Shown piece after piece: positions 29,077-37,209 of a stretch of DNA of 64,000 nt. The first letter of the stretch is position 1. Each line of letters begins with the position of its first letter. Position numbers and translations under genes: made by a program. The DNA is from Chitinivibrionales bacterium (GTDB lineage Bacteria > Fibrobacterota > Chitinivibrionia > Chitinivibrionales > WJKA01), in NCBI GenBank assembly GCA_038247415.1, contig JBBRUX010000021.1:3207-67206 (forward strand). Direction: 5' to 3'. The notes beneath the pieces are model-generated. The model did no database searches. It had not been told where the DNA came from and saw only the letters and a list, made by a program, of their open reading frames with translations.

Positions 29077-30743
29077 GAATACTTTCTGCACTCCTTTGTT
29101 TTGCCGTATGCGCATTACTTGCGTGCAGCCATAGCACTACTCTTTCGGGCGGTACCACAACAGAAACCACCAATGGGCTCACTGCATGCGTTCGTTATGC
29201 CGATGGGTCGCTTGCTGCCAACGCGATAATTTCAATTCGTCCGCAACTATATTTGCGCGGGATTGATACTGTTAGCACCGCCGATTCAAACGATGCAGTA
29301 ACATCCTCAAAAGGCATGTTTGTAGTGGGAGGATTACGGGCAGGAATGTACCGCCTAACCATTCTAACCCGCGATTCTCTCTTTGGTGCAAGCATCTCAG
29401 ATCTTTCTCTGGGAAAAGGAGCAAACTCCAAAGCGGATACTATTCAGATCGATACCATTATTCTTGAGCATACTGGTTCTCTTGCTGGATTTATACCCTT
29501 CGATAGCTCAACAAGCGCACCACGTGTTGTCCTTCGTCTTTACGGAACAGATTTTATTGACACCATTAATCCTGGTACCCGATTTGTCTACGCTGGTTTT
29601 GCACCAAGCAGCTATCTTCCGGCTGTATCAATTAACAGGTTGCCTAGCTTTTCAATAGATACCGTACAAGTTCTCGCACATGATACCGCCATACTTACAG
29701 GTGCTCCTTTTTTTAATCCAACTGCCTTTGCAGGCAATAAAAAAATTCTGGTCAATACCTCGCAAAGCGGAACGCTCCTCACAACAGATGTCACGCAGTT
29801 TCCGCTTTTAGTGCGTCTTAACTCTACCGACCCCACAGATTCTGCTATCTTTGTGCATTCACCTAATTCTAATTATATCCAATTTTTTTCTAACGATTCG
29901 ATCCCTTTACAATTTGAAGTCGAAGAATGGGACACCCTAGCCTCACCAAAAACAGCCTGTTTTTGGGTAAAAGTCCCCACACTCTATGCAAATGATTCGA
30001 TTCAGGCGATACACCTTTATTATGGGATTTACACAAAACCCTCCCACCCAACCCTGCGTCTATTTGACAAAGGCTATGGCTATTCTGCGGTGTGGCACCT
30101 TTGCGAAAAAAGCAGAGACTCTCTTTACGACGCAACAGGAACCGTAACCCTTGTGTCGTCATTTTCTCAACGCCAACCGGGACCTGCCCTTATTGCAGGT
30201 GGACAAAAATTAAATGGGGTATCACAGTATATTGACGGAGGCGATTTTAATTATTTTAACGGGGCCACTTCCTTCACTATTTCGATGTGGGTAAATGCCG
30301 ACACATTCCCTTTTGAGATGATTCATCTAACCTCCACAGCTGGATTGCCTCAAGAGCTCAATCGCGCGTCGTTAACCATCGATAGCCTTGGGAACATAAT
30401 CGCCTACGGCTCAAATAGTGATTCATCGAGATCACTACTCACGGCGTATAGCACATCAAAACTATCTACTCATACATGGTACTTAATAAGTGGCATTTTT
30501 ATGTTTGCTTCAGATTCTATCGTCATTAATGTTAACGGTACCGAGGCTCCCACTCTCCGCAGTGGAACAATGGGCAGCGTGCAAGGCTCAGGTATCACTA
30601 CTGCACCTGTAAAGTGCTCAATCGGCTACGACCCATTACAGCACAGCGGTTATTCTAAGGGCACGCTCGATGAAATAAGAATGTTTCGTTCTGCACTCTC
30701 AGCCGATTGGCTAAAGCTATGCTATACAAGCCAGCTACCATAA
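29073..30743 (+). CDS. lipoprotein with DUF2341-like and LamG/concanavalin-like domains
   Basis: The start forms an ATGA overlap with the upstream gene. The lipoprotein signal is MRILSALLCFAVCALLACS. The DUF2341-like block is TQFPLLVRLNSTD..IQFFSNDSIPLQFEVEEWDT..ACFWVKVPTL..IHLYYG. The LamG-like block is AVWHLCE..LNGVSQYIDGG..TSFTISMWVNAD..GTLDEIRMF. Confidence 0.72.
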   Translation: MRILSALLCFAVCALLACSHSTTLSGGTTTETTNGLTACVRYADGSLAANAIISIRPQLYLRGIDTVSTADSNDAVTSSKGMFVVGGLRAGMYRLTILTRDSLFGASISDLSLGKGANSKADTIQIDTIILEHTGSLAGFIPFDSSTSAPRVVLRLYGTDFIDTINPGTRFVYAGFAPSSYLPAVSINRLPSFSIDTVQVLAHDTAILTGAPFFNPTAFAGNKKILVNTSQSGTLLTTDVTQFPLLVRLNSTDPTDSAIFVHSPNSNYIQFFSNDSIPLQFEVEEWDTLASPKTACFWVKVPTLYANDSIQAIHLYYGIYTKPSHPTLRLFDKGYGYSAVWHLCEKSRDSLYDATGTVTLVSSFSQRQPGPALIAGGQKLNGVSQYIDGGDFNYFNGATSFTISMWVNADTFPFEMIHLTSTAGLPQELNRASLTIDSLGNIIAYGSNSDSSRSLLTAYSTSKLSTHTWYLISGIFMFASDSIVINVNGTEAPTLRSGTMGSVQGSGITTAPVKCSIGYDPLQHSGYSKGTLDEIRMFRSALSADWLKLCYTSQLP

Positions 30744-30756
30744 CGTCGGCTTTTTT
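30730..30756 (+). terminator. weak intrinsic terminator of the DUF2341/LamG gene
   Basis: GCCAGC-9 nt-GTCGGC (one mismatch, one G-T pair) followed by TTTTTT. The stem overlaps the stop codon. Confidence 0.35.
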
Positions 30757-30759
30757 ATG

Positions 30760-30975
30760 TCAAGTGGGTTAGGGAGTACGAAATGTGACGGTGTAAACGG
30801 AGTGCCCCCGGCAGTACGTGAGGTCTCAGGCGCATAAGCGCCGCAAGAACGAGCGTACCGGCTTGCGAAGCAAGAGCGTAGGAGGAGCCGCATCGGAACA
30901 TACCCCAAGGGTACTTCCTTTGGGCGCCCGAAGGGGTGAGGCCCAACAGCGAAGCCGAAACGCCCAAAATCTTGA
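30760..30975. repeat. GC-rich hairpin-dense element, copy 1 (candidate structured ncRNA or MITE-like repeat)
   Basis: GC-rich island in an AT-rich spacer, colinear with 62824-62960. Hairpins are GGCGC-ATAA-GCGCC (30829-30842), CTTGC-GAA-GCAAG (30862-30874), TACCC-CAA-GGGTA (30901-30913), GGGC-g-CCC-GAA-GGG-gtgag-GCCC (30922-30944) and CAGC-GAA-GCCG (30947-30957). Confidence 0.5.
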
Positions 30976-31016
30976 TTTGTCACCACTCTATCAATCCCTC
31001 AACGTATATTAATTTC

Positions 31017-31178
31017 ATGTCAAGAAAAAAGCTCATCATGATTGGGATGGTTGTAGGATCTCTGTTGGGGGGTTTTGTTGTCTCCCTTTTTGGAGCGGGT
31101 GCATTTTCATTTACTTCACTGATTGCAAGTTCAATTGGTGGATTACTCGGCATCTTTATCGTTTTCAAGTATACATAA
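31017..31178 (+). CDS. 53-aa Gly-zipper small membrane protein
   Basis: The internal ATG at 31017 gives MSRKKLIMIGMVVGSLLGGFVVSLFGAGAFSFTSLIASSIGGLLGIFIVFKYT with two TM segments. The track ORF 30936.. extends back into the GC-rich element. Confidence 0.55.
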   Translation: MSRKKLIMIGMVVGSLLGGFVVSLFGAGAFSFTSLIASSIGGLLGIFIVFKYT

Positions 31179-31245
31179 CTTTGCATTCATGAGGTCGGTT
31201 TTTATTGCTCACGCATTTTACTCGTAACACTTTCAAGGAACAAGC

Positions 31246-31716
31246 ATGAATATCGGCATTGTTTTTCATTCACAAACAGGACACACATTTGCCTTCGCAC
31301 GGAGCATCGCATCTGTGTTGAGAACAAAAAATCACACTGTGGAGCTGCTGCCTATTTCTACCAAGCACAAGACACACCCCGGGATGCGCGATGTAAAACT
31401 CGATTCGATTCCAAACCTTACTGCGTTTGATGGAATCTGTTTCGGCTCTCCCACGTGGGCTTTTGCTGCTACGCCGATTTTTATGACATTCATGAACACA
31501 CTTAGCACACTCGCCAATAAAAAATGTGCCATTTTTGCCACTATGGGATTTCCACACCCCTCTTTGGGTGGAAGCAGAGCTATTTCTCAAATAAATCAGC
31601 GAATTATATCTTTAGAAGGAACAGTAATCGCCACAGAAGTTGTGCCTCTGCTCTTTCATAATTTTAATAAATGCACAAAAATTGGAGCCCAACGAATTGC
31701 TGAAGCATTTCAATAA
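31246..31716 (+). CDS. flavodoxin-like fold protein
   Basis: The N-terminus MNIGIVFHSQTGHTFAFARSIA is an FMN-binding-loop-like T/S-x-T-G-x-T motif. The sequence also contains FDGICFGSPTW. Confidence 0.7.
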   Translation: MNIGIVFHSQTGHTFAFARSIASVLRTKNHTVELLPISTKHKTHPGMRDVKLDSIPNLTAFDGICFGSPTWAFAATPIFMTFMNTLSTLANKKCAIFATMGFPHPSLGGSRAISQINQRIISLEGTVIATEVVPLLFHNFNKCTKIGAQRIAEAFQ

Positions 31717-31804
31717 AGCGAGCTGTTTTTGCATCTGATTCCTGTCTCATCCTATATTTTAGCAGACCTATCTTTTCCATTCATTTTTACGCACAACCAT
31801 AACT

Positions 31805-33349
31805 ATGCCAAATCTTATTAACAATAGCCCTTCGGCACTGCCCTATATTACCGTAGTAGTACCCGTTTACAATGAAGAATATACGCTCAAAACAACGCTC
31901 GAAAGTCTACAGTCGCAAGATTATCAAGGTCGTTTCGACATTCTTGTTGTTGATAATGCCTCAACCGATACAAGCGCTGAAATTGCCCGATCTATGGGGG
32001 TGATGGTTGTTTCAGAACTCCGTAAAGGCTATGTGCATGCAGTACGCGCAGGTTTTGGTGCTGCTCCGGGAGACATCATAGCGTGCACTGATGCAGATAC
32101 CTTCAACTCAAAAACATGGCTCTCCCAAATCGCCCACAATCTGACAGTTCGCGGTGCGGTTGCGTGTAGCGGATCTTTTCTTTTTAACGATGGAAGCAAA
32201 CTTATAAAATTTATTGGTTGGGCATTTGGTCGCCTCAATTGGCATTTGGCTGGTGCTAACATGGCAGTCTGGAAATGGGCGTATCAAAAGGTTGGTGGTT
32301 TTAATCACGATATTAATTTGGGAGCCGATGTAGAAATTGGATTTCGGATAAAAAAACTTGGGAAAATAATAATTGACAGAAAGCTTATTTCGTACACTTC
32401 CTCCCGAAGATTTCAAGTTGCTTTTTGGCAAACCCTGTTTCTGTATTACTGCAACGACCTTTGGCTTATCTTATTTCGCAAGCCGCTTTTTTATGAGTTT
32501 CCCATAATCCGTATTCCGCAAAAAATCTTTAAACGCCAAGTCCCTCATCTGCAATGGGGATTGTTAACGCTTATTCTTATCATTTCTTGTTCCTGGTTTA
32601 TAGAACGTCCTGGCAGTGACCTTTTAGGAACGGTCATGCACCAGGGGTCTGCATCACTTAAAACGGTAGCCCTTACCTTTGATAATGGACCTTCACCGCA
32701 AACACTCCAGGTACTGGATATTCTTAAGCGATATTCTGTAAAAGCAACCTTCTTTATGGCAGGAAAAGAAATTGTCCGGTATCCAGATATTGCCAGACAA
32801 GTAATTATTGACGGACAGGATATTGGCAACCATACCTTCAGCAACTCCATCTGGTCACCCATCGAGCTTTCTCATCAAATCGATAAAGAGCTCGATTCAA
32901 CGTCGTCACTTATCCAAAAGACAACAGGTATTTCGACCAAGCTTTTTAGACCACCCCACGGGCTACGATCCCCCTGGATGATCTCTCAAGCTAATAAAAA
33001 AGGCTATACAGTCATTTTATGGAATATTGCACCCAACGAATGGCTCTATCCCGATAAGAACAGAATAATTCGTGATGTTAGCAAGCGTGTTTCGCCAGGA
33101 TCGATTATTCTTCTTAATGATGGGGCCTCATCCGATGCTCCACCCCTTGCGCATCAACATACCATTGCTGCATTGCCCGGAATTATCGAGAATCTTCAAG
33201 CCCAAGGGTATCATTTTGTTACTATTTCCGAATTGCTCGTGGAAGAAGGCTATCAACAACCCGCTTCCAGTGCCTGGGCGAAATTTTCTTTTGATTCCCT
33301 CATCTCTCTCACCGCCCGCATCTACGAAGCTCGTCCCTTTAAAAACTAG
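31805..33349 (+). CDS. bifunctional GT2 glycosyltransferase / CE4 polysaccharide deacetylase (NodB homology) membrane protein
   Basis: The GT2 part contains ITVVVPVYNEEYTL..DILVVDNASTDTS..CTDADT. Central TM segments follow. The CE4 part contains VALTFDNGPSPQT..ATFFMAG..IGNHTFSN..LFRPPHG. Confidence 0.85.
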   Translation: MPNLINNSPSALPYITVVVPVYNEEYTLKTTLESLQSQDYQGRFDILVVDNASTDTSAEIARSMGVMVVSELRKGYVHAVRAGFGAAPGDIIACTDADTFNSKTWLSQIAHNLTVRGAVACSGSFLFNDGSKLIKFIGWAFGRLNWHLAGANMAVWKWAYQKVGGFNHDINLGADVEIGFRIKKLGKIIIDRKLISYTSSRRFQVAFWQTLFLYYCNDLWLILFRKPLFYEFPIIRIPQKIFKRQVPHLQWGLLTLILIISCSWFIERPGSDLLGTVMHQGSASLKTVALTFDNGPSPQTLQVLDILKRYSVKATFFMAGKEIVRYPDIARQVIIDGQDIGNHTFSNSIWSPIELSHQIDKELDSTSSLIQKTTGISTKLFRPPHGLRSPWMISQANKKGYTVILWNIAPNEWLYPDKNRIIRDVSKRVSPGSIILLNDGASSDAPPLAHQHTIAALPGIIENLQAQGYHFVTISELLVEEGYQQPASSAWAKFSFDSLISLTARIYEARPFKN

Positions 33350-33504
33350 CACCTTCACACACAAGATGCAGACAATTCTCGCCCTTGGCTAACAATCTAT
33401 TGTATGATAATTGTACATCACGTATATTATTTTTTAAGCAGCGTACACCACTTCGATACACAATACAACAACGTAAACAAAAAACTACCTATCGCGGTGG
33501 TACT

Positions 33505-33843
33505 ATGCTTATGCAGAATTTTTTAAAACACTTTTTTTTGCCGATACTATGCGTGGCTATCCCGTGTACGGGCGAAGTTTCTCAAACGCACAAGTCAACA
33601 AAAGCAAGTAATGCAAAAAAGGATTCTGCAGTTTTAATAAAAAAAGGAACGCCGAAATCTTTTTCTAAAACCGAAGAAATCGATTCGATGCTTATTTCTC
33701 CCAAAGAAAGTAGCAACGACTTTTCTTTAGACAGCACCGATCATTTGTTTTCCGAAAAACATCAAAATGTGGATGCCGATTTTTTAGATACCAGTGGTGG
33801 AAGCTTCGATACTCTTGTGCAATCTAAAAAAGCTGATAACTAA
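33505..33843 (+). CDS. secreted low-complexity protein, unknown function
   Basis: The internal ATG at 33505 gives MLMQNFLKHFFLPILCVAIPCTG (signal peptide). The remainder is Ser/Lys/Asp-rich. Confidence 0.45.
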   Translation: MLMQNFLKHFFLPILCVAIPCTGEVSQTHKSTKASNAKKDSAVLIKKGTPKSFSKTEEIDSMLISPKESSNDFSLDSTDHLFSEKHQNVDADFLDTSGGSFDTLVQSKKADN

Positions 33844-33896
33844 GACACCGCTAGGGTGCGTTTGTTTTGTAAACGTTTTAAAGGAGTTTTGCGCAC

Positions 33897-35231
33897 GTGA
33901 AGGAAAGGACTACTGTTTCTGCTGAACCCGAAATGTGTGCCGACACAGAGCCCCCCAGTACCCACAGCAGAAAAAAATCTCCCGCTGCTTCATCGTTTGC
34001 ACTTTCGGGCGCTAAGCTTGACACATCTTTAGAGGCTTCAATTGCTTCGGTAATTGCAAGCAATCGTCCATCTTCCAAATCTACTGCATTTCGCAAGAAA
34101 TACTTTCCCACTGCAACGCTTGCCGACTGGAACGATTGGAAATGGCAGCTTACTAATCGACTCACCACAGCCGAAGACCTTGAACGGTTTCTCGAACTTT
34201 CGCGCGCAGAGCGGAGTGCATTTACAAACGATAGCACCGTTCTTCCCTGTGCGGTTACGCCCTATTACGCATCGCTTTTGCGAGACAGTGAGCCCCTCAA
34301 CCCTTTGCGGCGCAGTGTTATTCCAACCGACAATGAACATGTCCGCTCGCCGGGCGAAGCAGACGACCCTCTGTGTGAAGATCTTTACAGTCCACACTCC
34401 TGTCTTGTGCACCGATATCCAGATCGTGTACTCTTTCTTGTTACCACACAATGTGCCACCTACTGTCGTTACTGCACCCGATCTCGCATGGTTGGCAAGC
34501 CACACGAAACAGGCACGCGCGCATCGTGGGAAGAGGCTCTTGACTATATACGATCAACGCCAACCATTCGAGATGTTCTTATTTCTGGTGGAGATCCACT
34601 TACGCTTGCCGATGACCAGCTCGAATGGCTCCTCTCGCGCCTTCGTGCAATTCAACACGTTGAGATAATCCGGATTGGAACCAAAACACCTGCAGTTCTC
34701 CCTCAGCGTATCAATCTATCACTCATTCGCATACTCAAGCGGTTCCATCCTTTATTTATAAGTATTCATATCACGCACCCCTCAGAGCTTACCCGAGAAA
34801 TGAATCAAGCCTGTATCCGGCTTGCAGATGCGGGAATTCCTTTGGGAAGCCAAACCGTACTTTTGGCAGGTATCAATGACGATGCAGAAACCATGAAACT
34901 TCTTACCCAATCGCTTCTCAAAATTCGCGTTCGTCCCTATTATCTTTATCAATGCGATCCCATCACCGGCTCATCTCACTTTAGAACCCCCATTGCAAAA
35001 GGTATCGATATAACGCGAAGCCTTCGAGGGTTTACAAGCGGTTATGCGGTGCCAACGTTTGTTGTTGATGCACCCGGCGGTGGTGGCAAAATTCCACTCG
35101 CTACCGATTATACGGTCGGTAAGGAAGGTGGCGATTTAATCCTGAGAAATTTTAGAGGAGATCGATTCCGCTATCCAGATTATGCAGGTGCCACTCCTGT
35201 GCGATTTAAGCAAATGGAGCTTCCACTGTAA
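33897..35231 (+). CDS. kamA: lysine 2,3-aminomutase (KamA-family radical SAM enzyme)
   Basis: The GTG start is preceded by AAGGAG. The sequence contains DWNDWKWQLTNR, HRYPDRVLFLVT, the radical-SAM cluster motif CATYCRYCTRS, YQCDPITGSSHFRT and VVDAPGGGGK. Both Asp residues that I recall binding the lysine epsilon-amino group (in QCD and VVDAPGGGGK) are present. Confidence 0.9.
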   Translation: MKERTTVSAEPEMCADTEPPSTHSRKKSPAASSFALSGAKLDTSLEASIASVIASNRPSSKSTAFRKKYFPTATLADWNDWKWQLTNRLTTAEDLERFLELSRAERSAFTNDSTVLPCAVTPYYASLLRDSEPLNPLRRSVIPTDNEHVRSPGEADDPLCEDLYSPHSCLVHRYPDRVLFLVTTQCATYCRYCTRSRMVGKPHETGTRASWEEALDYIRSTPTIRDVLISGGDPLTLADDQLEWLLSRLRAIQHVEIIRIGTKTPAVLPQRINLSLIRILKRFHPLFISIHITHPSELTREMNQACIRLADAGIPLGSQTVLLAGINDDAETMKLLTQSLLKIRVRPYYLYQCDPITGSSHFRTPIAKGIDITRSLRGFTSGYAVPTFVVDAPGGGGKIPLATDYTVGKEGGDLILRNFRGDRFRYPDYAGATPVRFKQMELPL

Positions 35232-36214
35232 TGCACCTTGGTATTACCTACGATCTCCGAGAAGAGTATCTTGCTCTTGGGTATTCTCTCGAAGCAACTG
35301 CCGAATTCGACAGCATCGAAACGATCGATGCTCTTGACAAAAGTCTTGTATTGTTAGGGCACACAACTTCCCGCATAGGAAATATCCGGTCGCTTGTTGG
35401 AGAATTGGCTCAAGGAAAAACGTGGGATCTTGTTTTTAACATTTCCGAAGGAATGTACGGATTTTCCCGTGAAGCACAAATTCCTGCACTGCTGGATGCC
35501 TATGCCATTCCCTACACATTTTCCGACCCGCTCACGCTCACGCTCGCCTTGCATAAAGGTATGGCCAAGCGCGTTGTTCGTGATGTGGGAATACCTACTG
35601 CACCATTTGCAATAGTCAATGTTTTAGCCGATTGTGATACCCTTACGTTGCCGTATCCTCTTTTTGCAAAACCAATTGCAGAAGGTACTGGAAAGGGAAT
35701 TACCGCAGCTTCCCGCATTTCATCATGTCAAGATCTTAAAGAAACTTGTTCGGTACTTCTTGCAACTTATAAACAACCGGTGCTTGTTGAAACGTATCTT
35801 GCAGGAAGAGAATTTACTGTTGGCATAACTGGATATGGAGCGCTGTCTAGCGTTATTGGTAGTATGGAAATTGTGATGCGCGATAAAGCAGACCAGGGTG
35901 TATACACGTACCGAAACAAAGAGTTTTGCGAAGAACTTGTAGACTACCGCACTACAGCCGACGCTGATGCACAAAAAGCCGAAGCAGTTGCCCTAGCTGC
36001 CTGGAACGCGCTCGGTTGTCGCGATGCAGGAAGAGTTGACATACGGCTCGATGGGACAGGAGTTGCGCATTTTATTGAAGTGAATCCAGTAGCAGGAATG
36101 CACCCGACACATTCTGATCTTCCCATGATTTGTTCTCTGAATAAAATATCCTATACAGAACTCATTGAGCGTATTATCAAATCTGCAGCAGCGCGCTCTG
36201 CACTCTGTTTATGA
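35231..36214 (+). CDS. D-alanine--D-alanine ligase-family ATP-grasp enzyme (paralog 1)
   Basis: The start overlaps the kamA stop (TAATG). ATP-grasp strings are LFAKPIAEGTGKGI, LVETYLAGREFTVGI and RVDIRLDGTGVAHFIEVNPVAG. Confidence 0.8.
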   Translation: MHLGITYDLREEYLALGYSLEATAEFDSIETIDALDKSLVLLGHTTSRIGNIRSLVGELAQGKTWDLVFNISEGMYGFSREAQIPALLDAYAIPYTFSDPLTLTLALHKGMAKRVVRDVGIPTAPFAIVNVLADCDTLTLPYPLFAKPIAEGTGKGITAASRISSCQDLKETCSVLLATYKQPVLVETYLAGREFTVGITGYGALSSVIGSMEIVMRDKADQGVYTYRNKEFCEELVDYRTTADADAQKAEAVALAAWNALGCRDAGRVDIRLDGTGVAHFIEVNPVAGMHPTHSDLPMICSLNKISYTELIERIIKSAAARSALCL

Positions 36215-37209
36215 GTAACCCTTGTGTTAAACATATAGCTATTGTTTTTAATGCCCCCTCAGCGCACGCGCTTATTGATGAAGCAGACGTCCTGGTTGAA
36301 GTTGAAGCCGTTAAACATTCTCTTGTGCAGCTTGGCTTTGCAGTTTCGGTTTTTGGAGCTACGGTTAATCTTCTTCTTCTCAAGGATTTTCTCCTTAGTC
36401 AAAAACCCGACCTTGTTTTTAATCTTACCGAATCACTCGATGGTAAAGAACGGTTAATTTGTGCCATCCCCTTGCTTTTAGATACTCTTAACATTCCCTA
36501 CACCGGTAGTGCGGCAGATCCGATGTATCTCACAAGCTGCAAAAAAATAGCCAAAGAAATTATGCTCCTCAAGGGCATTTCAACCGCTCCGTACGCAATG
36601 GCTCAAGAAATCTTGGTCCAAAAATCCATTTCCTTCGATCCGCCTTATATCATTAAGCCTATCGATACTCACGGATCCCTAGGTATAGAAGAAGATTCTA
36701 TTTGTGAATCTTTAGAGTGTCTGCTCGTTAAACTCTCTGGCTATTCTAAAGCTGCTTTATCTCGGATAATGGTTGAAGCATTTATTGACGGTCGCGAATT
36801 CAATATTTCTCTTATGGGTAATGCTCGCTCTCTAGAAATTATGCCACCCGCAGAAATTCTTTTCGAGGATCATTTTACGCACAAGCATAATCTTGTAGGG
36901 TATAAGGCAAAATGGATCGAGGACGCTCCAGAATATGCCGGAACACCCAGATCTTTTGATTTTGGATCATCCGATGCACCTCTGCTTATCCGCGTCAAAT
37001 CCTTAGCACGCGAAGCTTTTCTTGCATTTGATCTGCACGGCTATGCTCGCGTTGACATGAGAGTCTCTATGGCAGGCGTTCCCTATGTTTTAGAAGTAAA
37101 TGCAAATCCTTGTATTTCTCCCGAAGGCGGCTTTGTTTCGGCTACTGCCATGGGAGGATACGATTATACAGCGACACTACACAAAATCGTGGAGATTTCG
37201 CAATGGTAA
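36211..37209 (+). CDS. D-alanine--D-alanine ligase-family ATP-grasp enzyme (paralog 2)
   Basis: ATGA overlap with paralog 1. ATP-grasp strings are YIIKPIDTHGSLGI, VEAFIDGREFNISLMG and RVDMRVSMAGVPYVLEVNANPCISP. Confidence 0.8.
   Translation: MSNPCVKHIAIVFNAPSAHALIDEADVLVEVEAVKHSLVQLGFAVSVFGATVNLLLLKDFLLSQKPDLVFNLTESLDGKERLICAIPLLLDTLNIPYTGSAADPMYLTSCKKIAKEIMLLKGISTAPYAMAQEILVQKSISFDPPYIIKPIDTHGSLGIEEDSICESLECLLVKLSGYSKAALSRIMVEAFIDGREFNISLMGNARSLEIMPPAEILFEDHFTHKHNLVGYKAKWIEDAPEYAGTPRSFDFGSSDAPLLIRVKSLAREAFLAFDLHGYARVDMRVSMAGVPYVLEVNANPCISPEGGFVSATAMGGYDYTATLHKIVEISQW

Noticed and set aside
30824-30945. Possible glycine riboswitch, based on the strings CUCAGGC..AAG and GCCCGAAGGGGUGA.
   Set aside because: The order of the blocks is reversed relative to a glycine aptamer. 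There is no GGAGAG element or P1 closure, and the second copy has no downstream gene on either strand.
30735-31012. ORFs crossing GC-rich element copy 1 (30735..30986 and 30755..30967 on the minus strand, 30818..31012 on the plus strand).
   Set aside because: Similarity to the frames across copy 2 exists only where the DNA is identical (for example QDFGR.GF.VGPHPFG). Elsewhere the differences are paired stem changes that scramble the peptide. There is no RBS. The ORFs are artefacts of high GC content.
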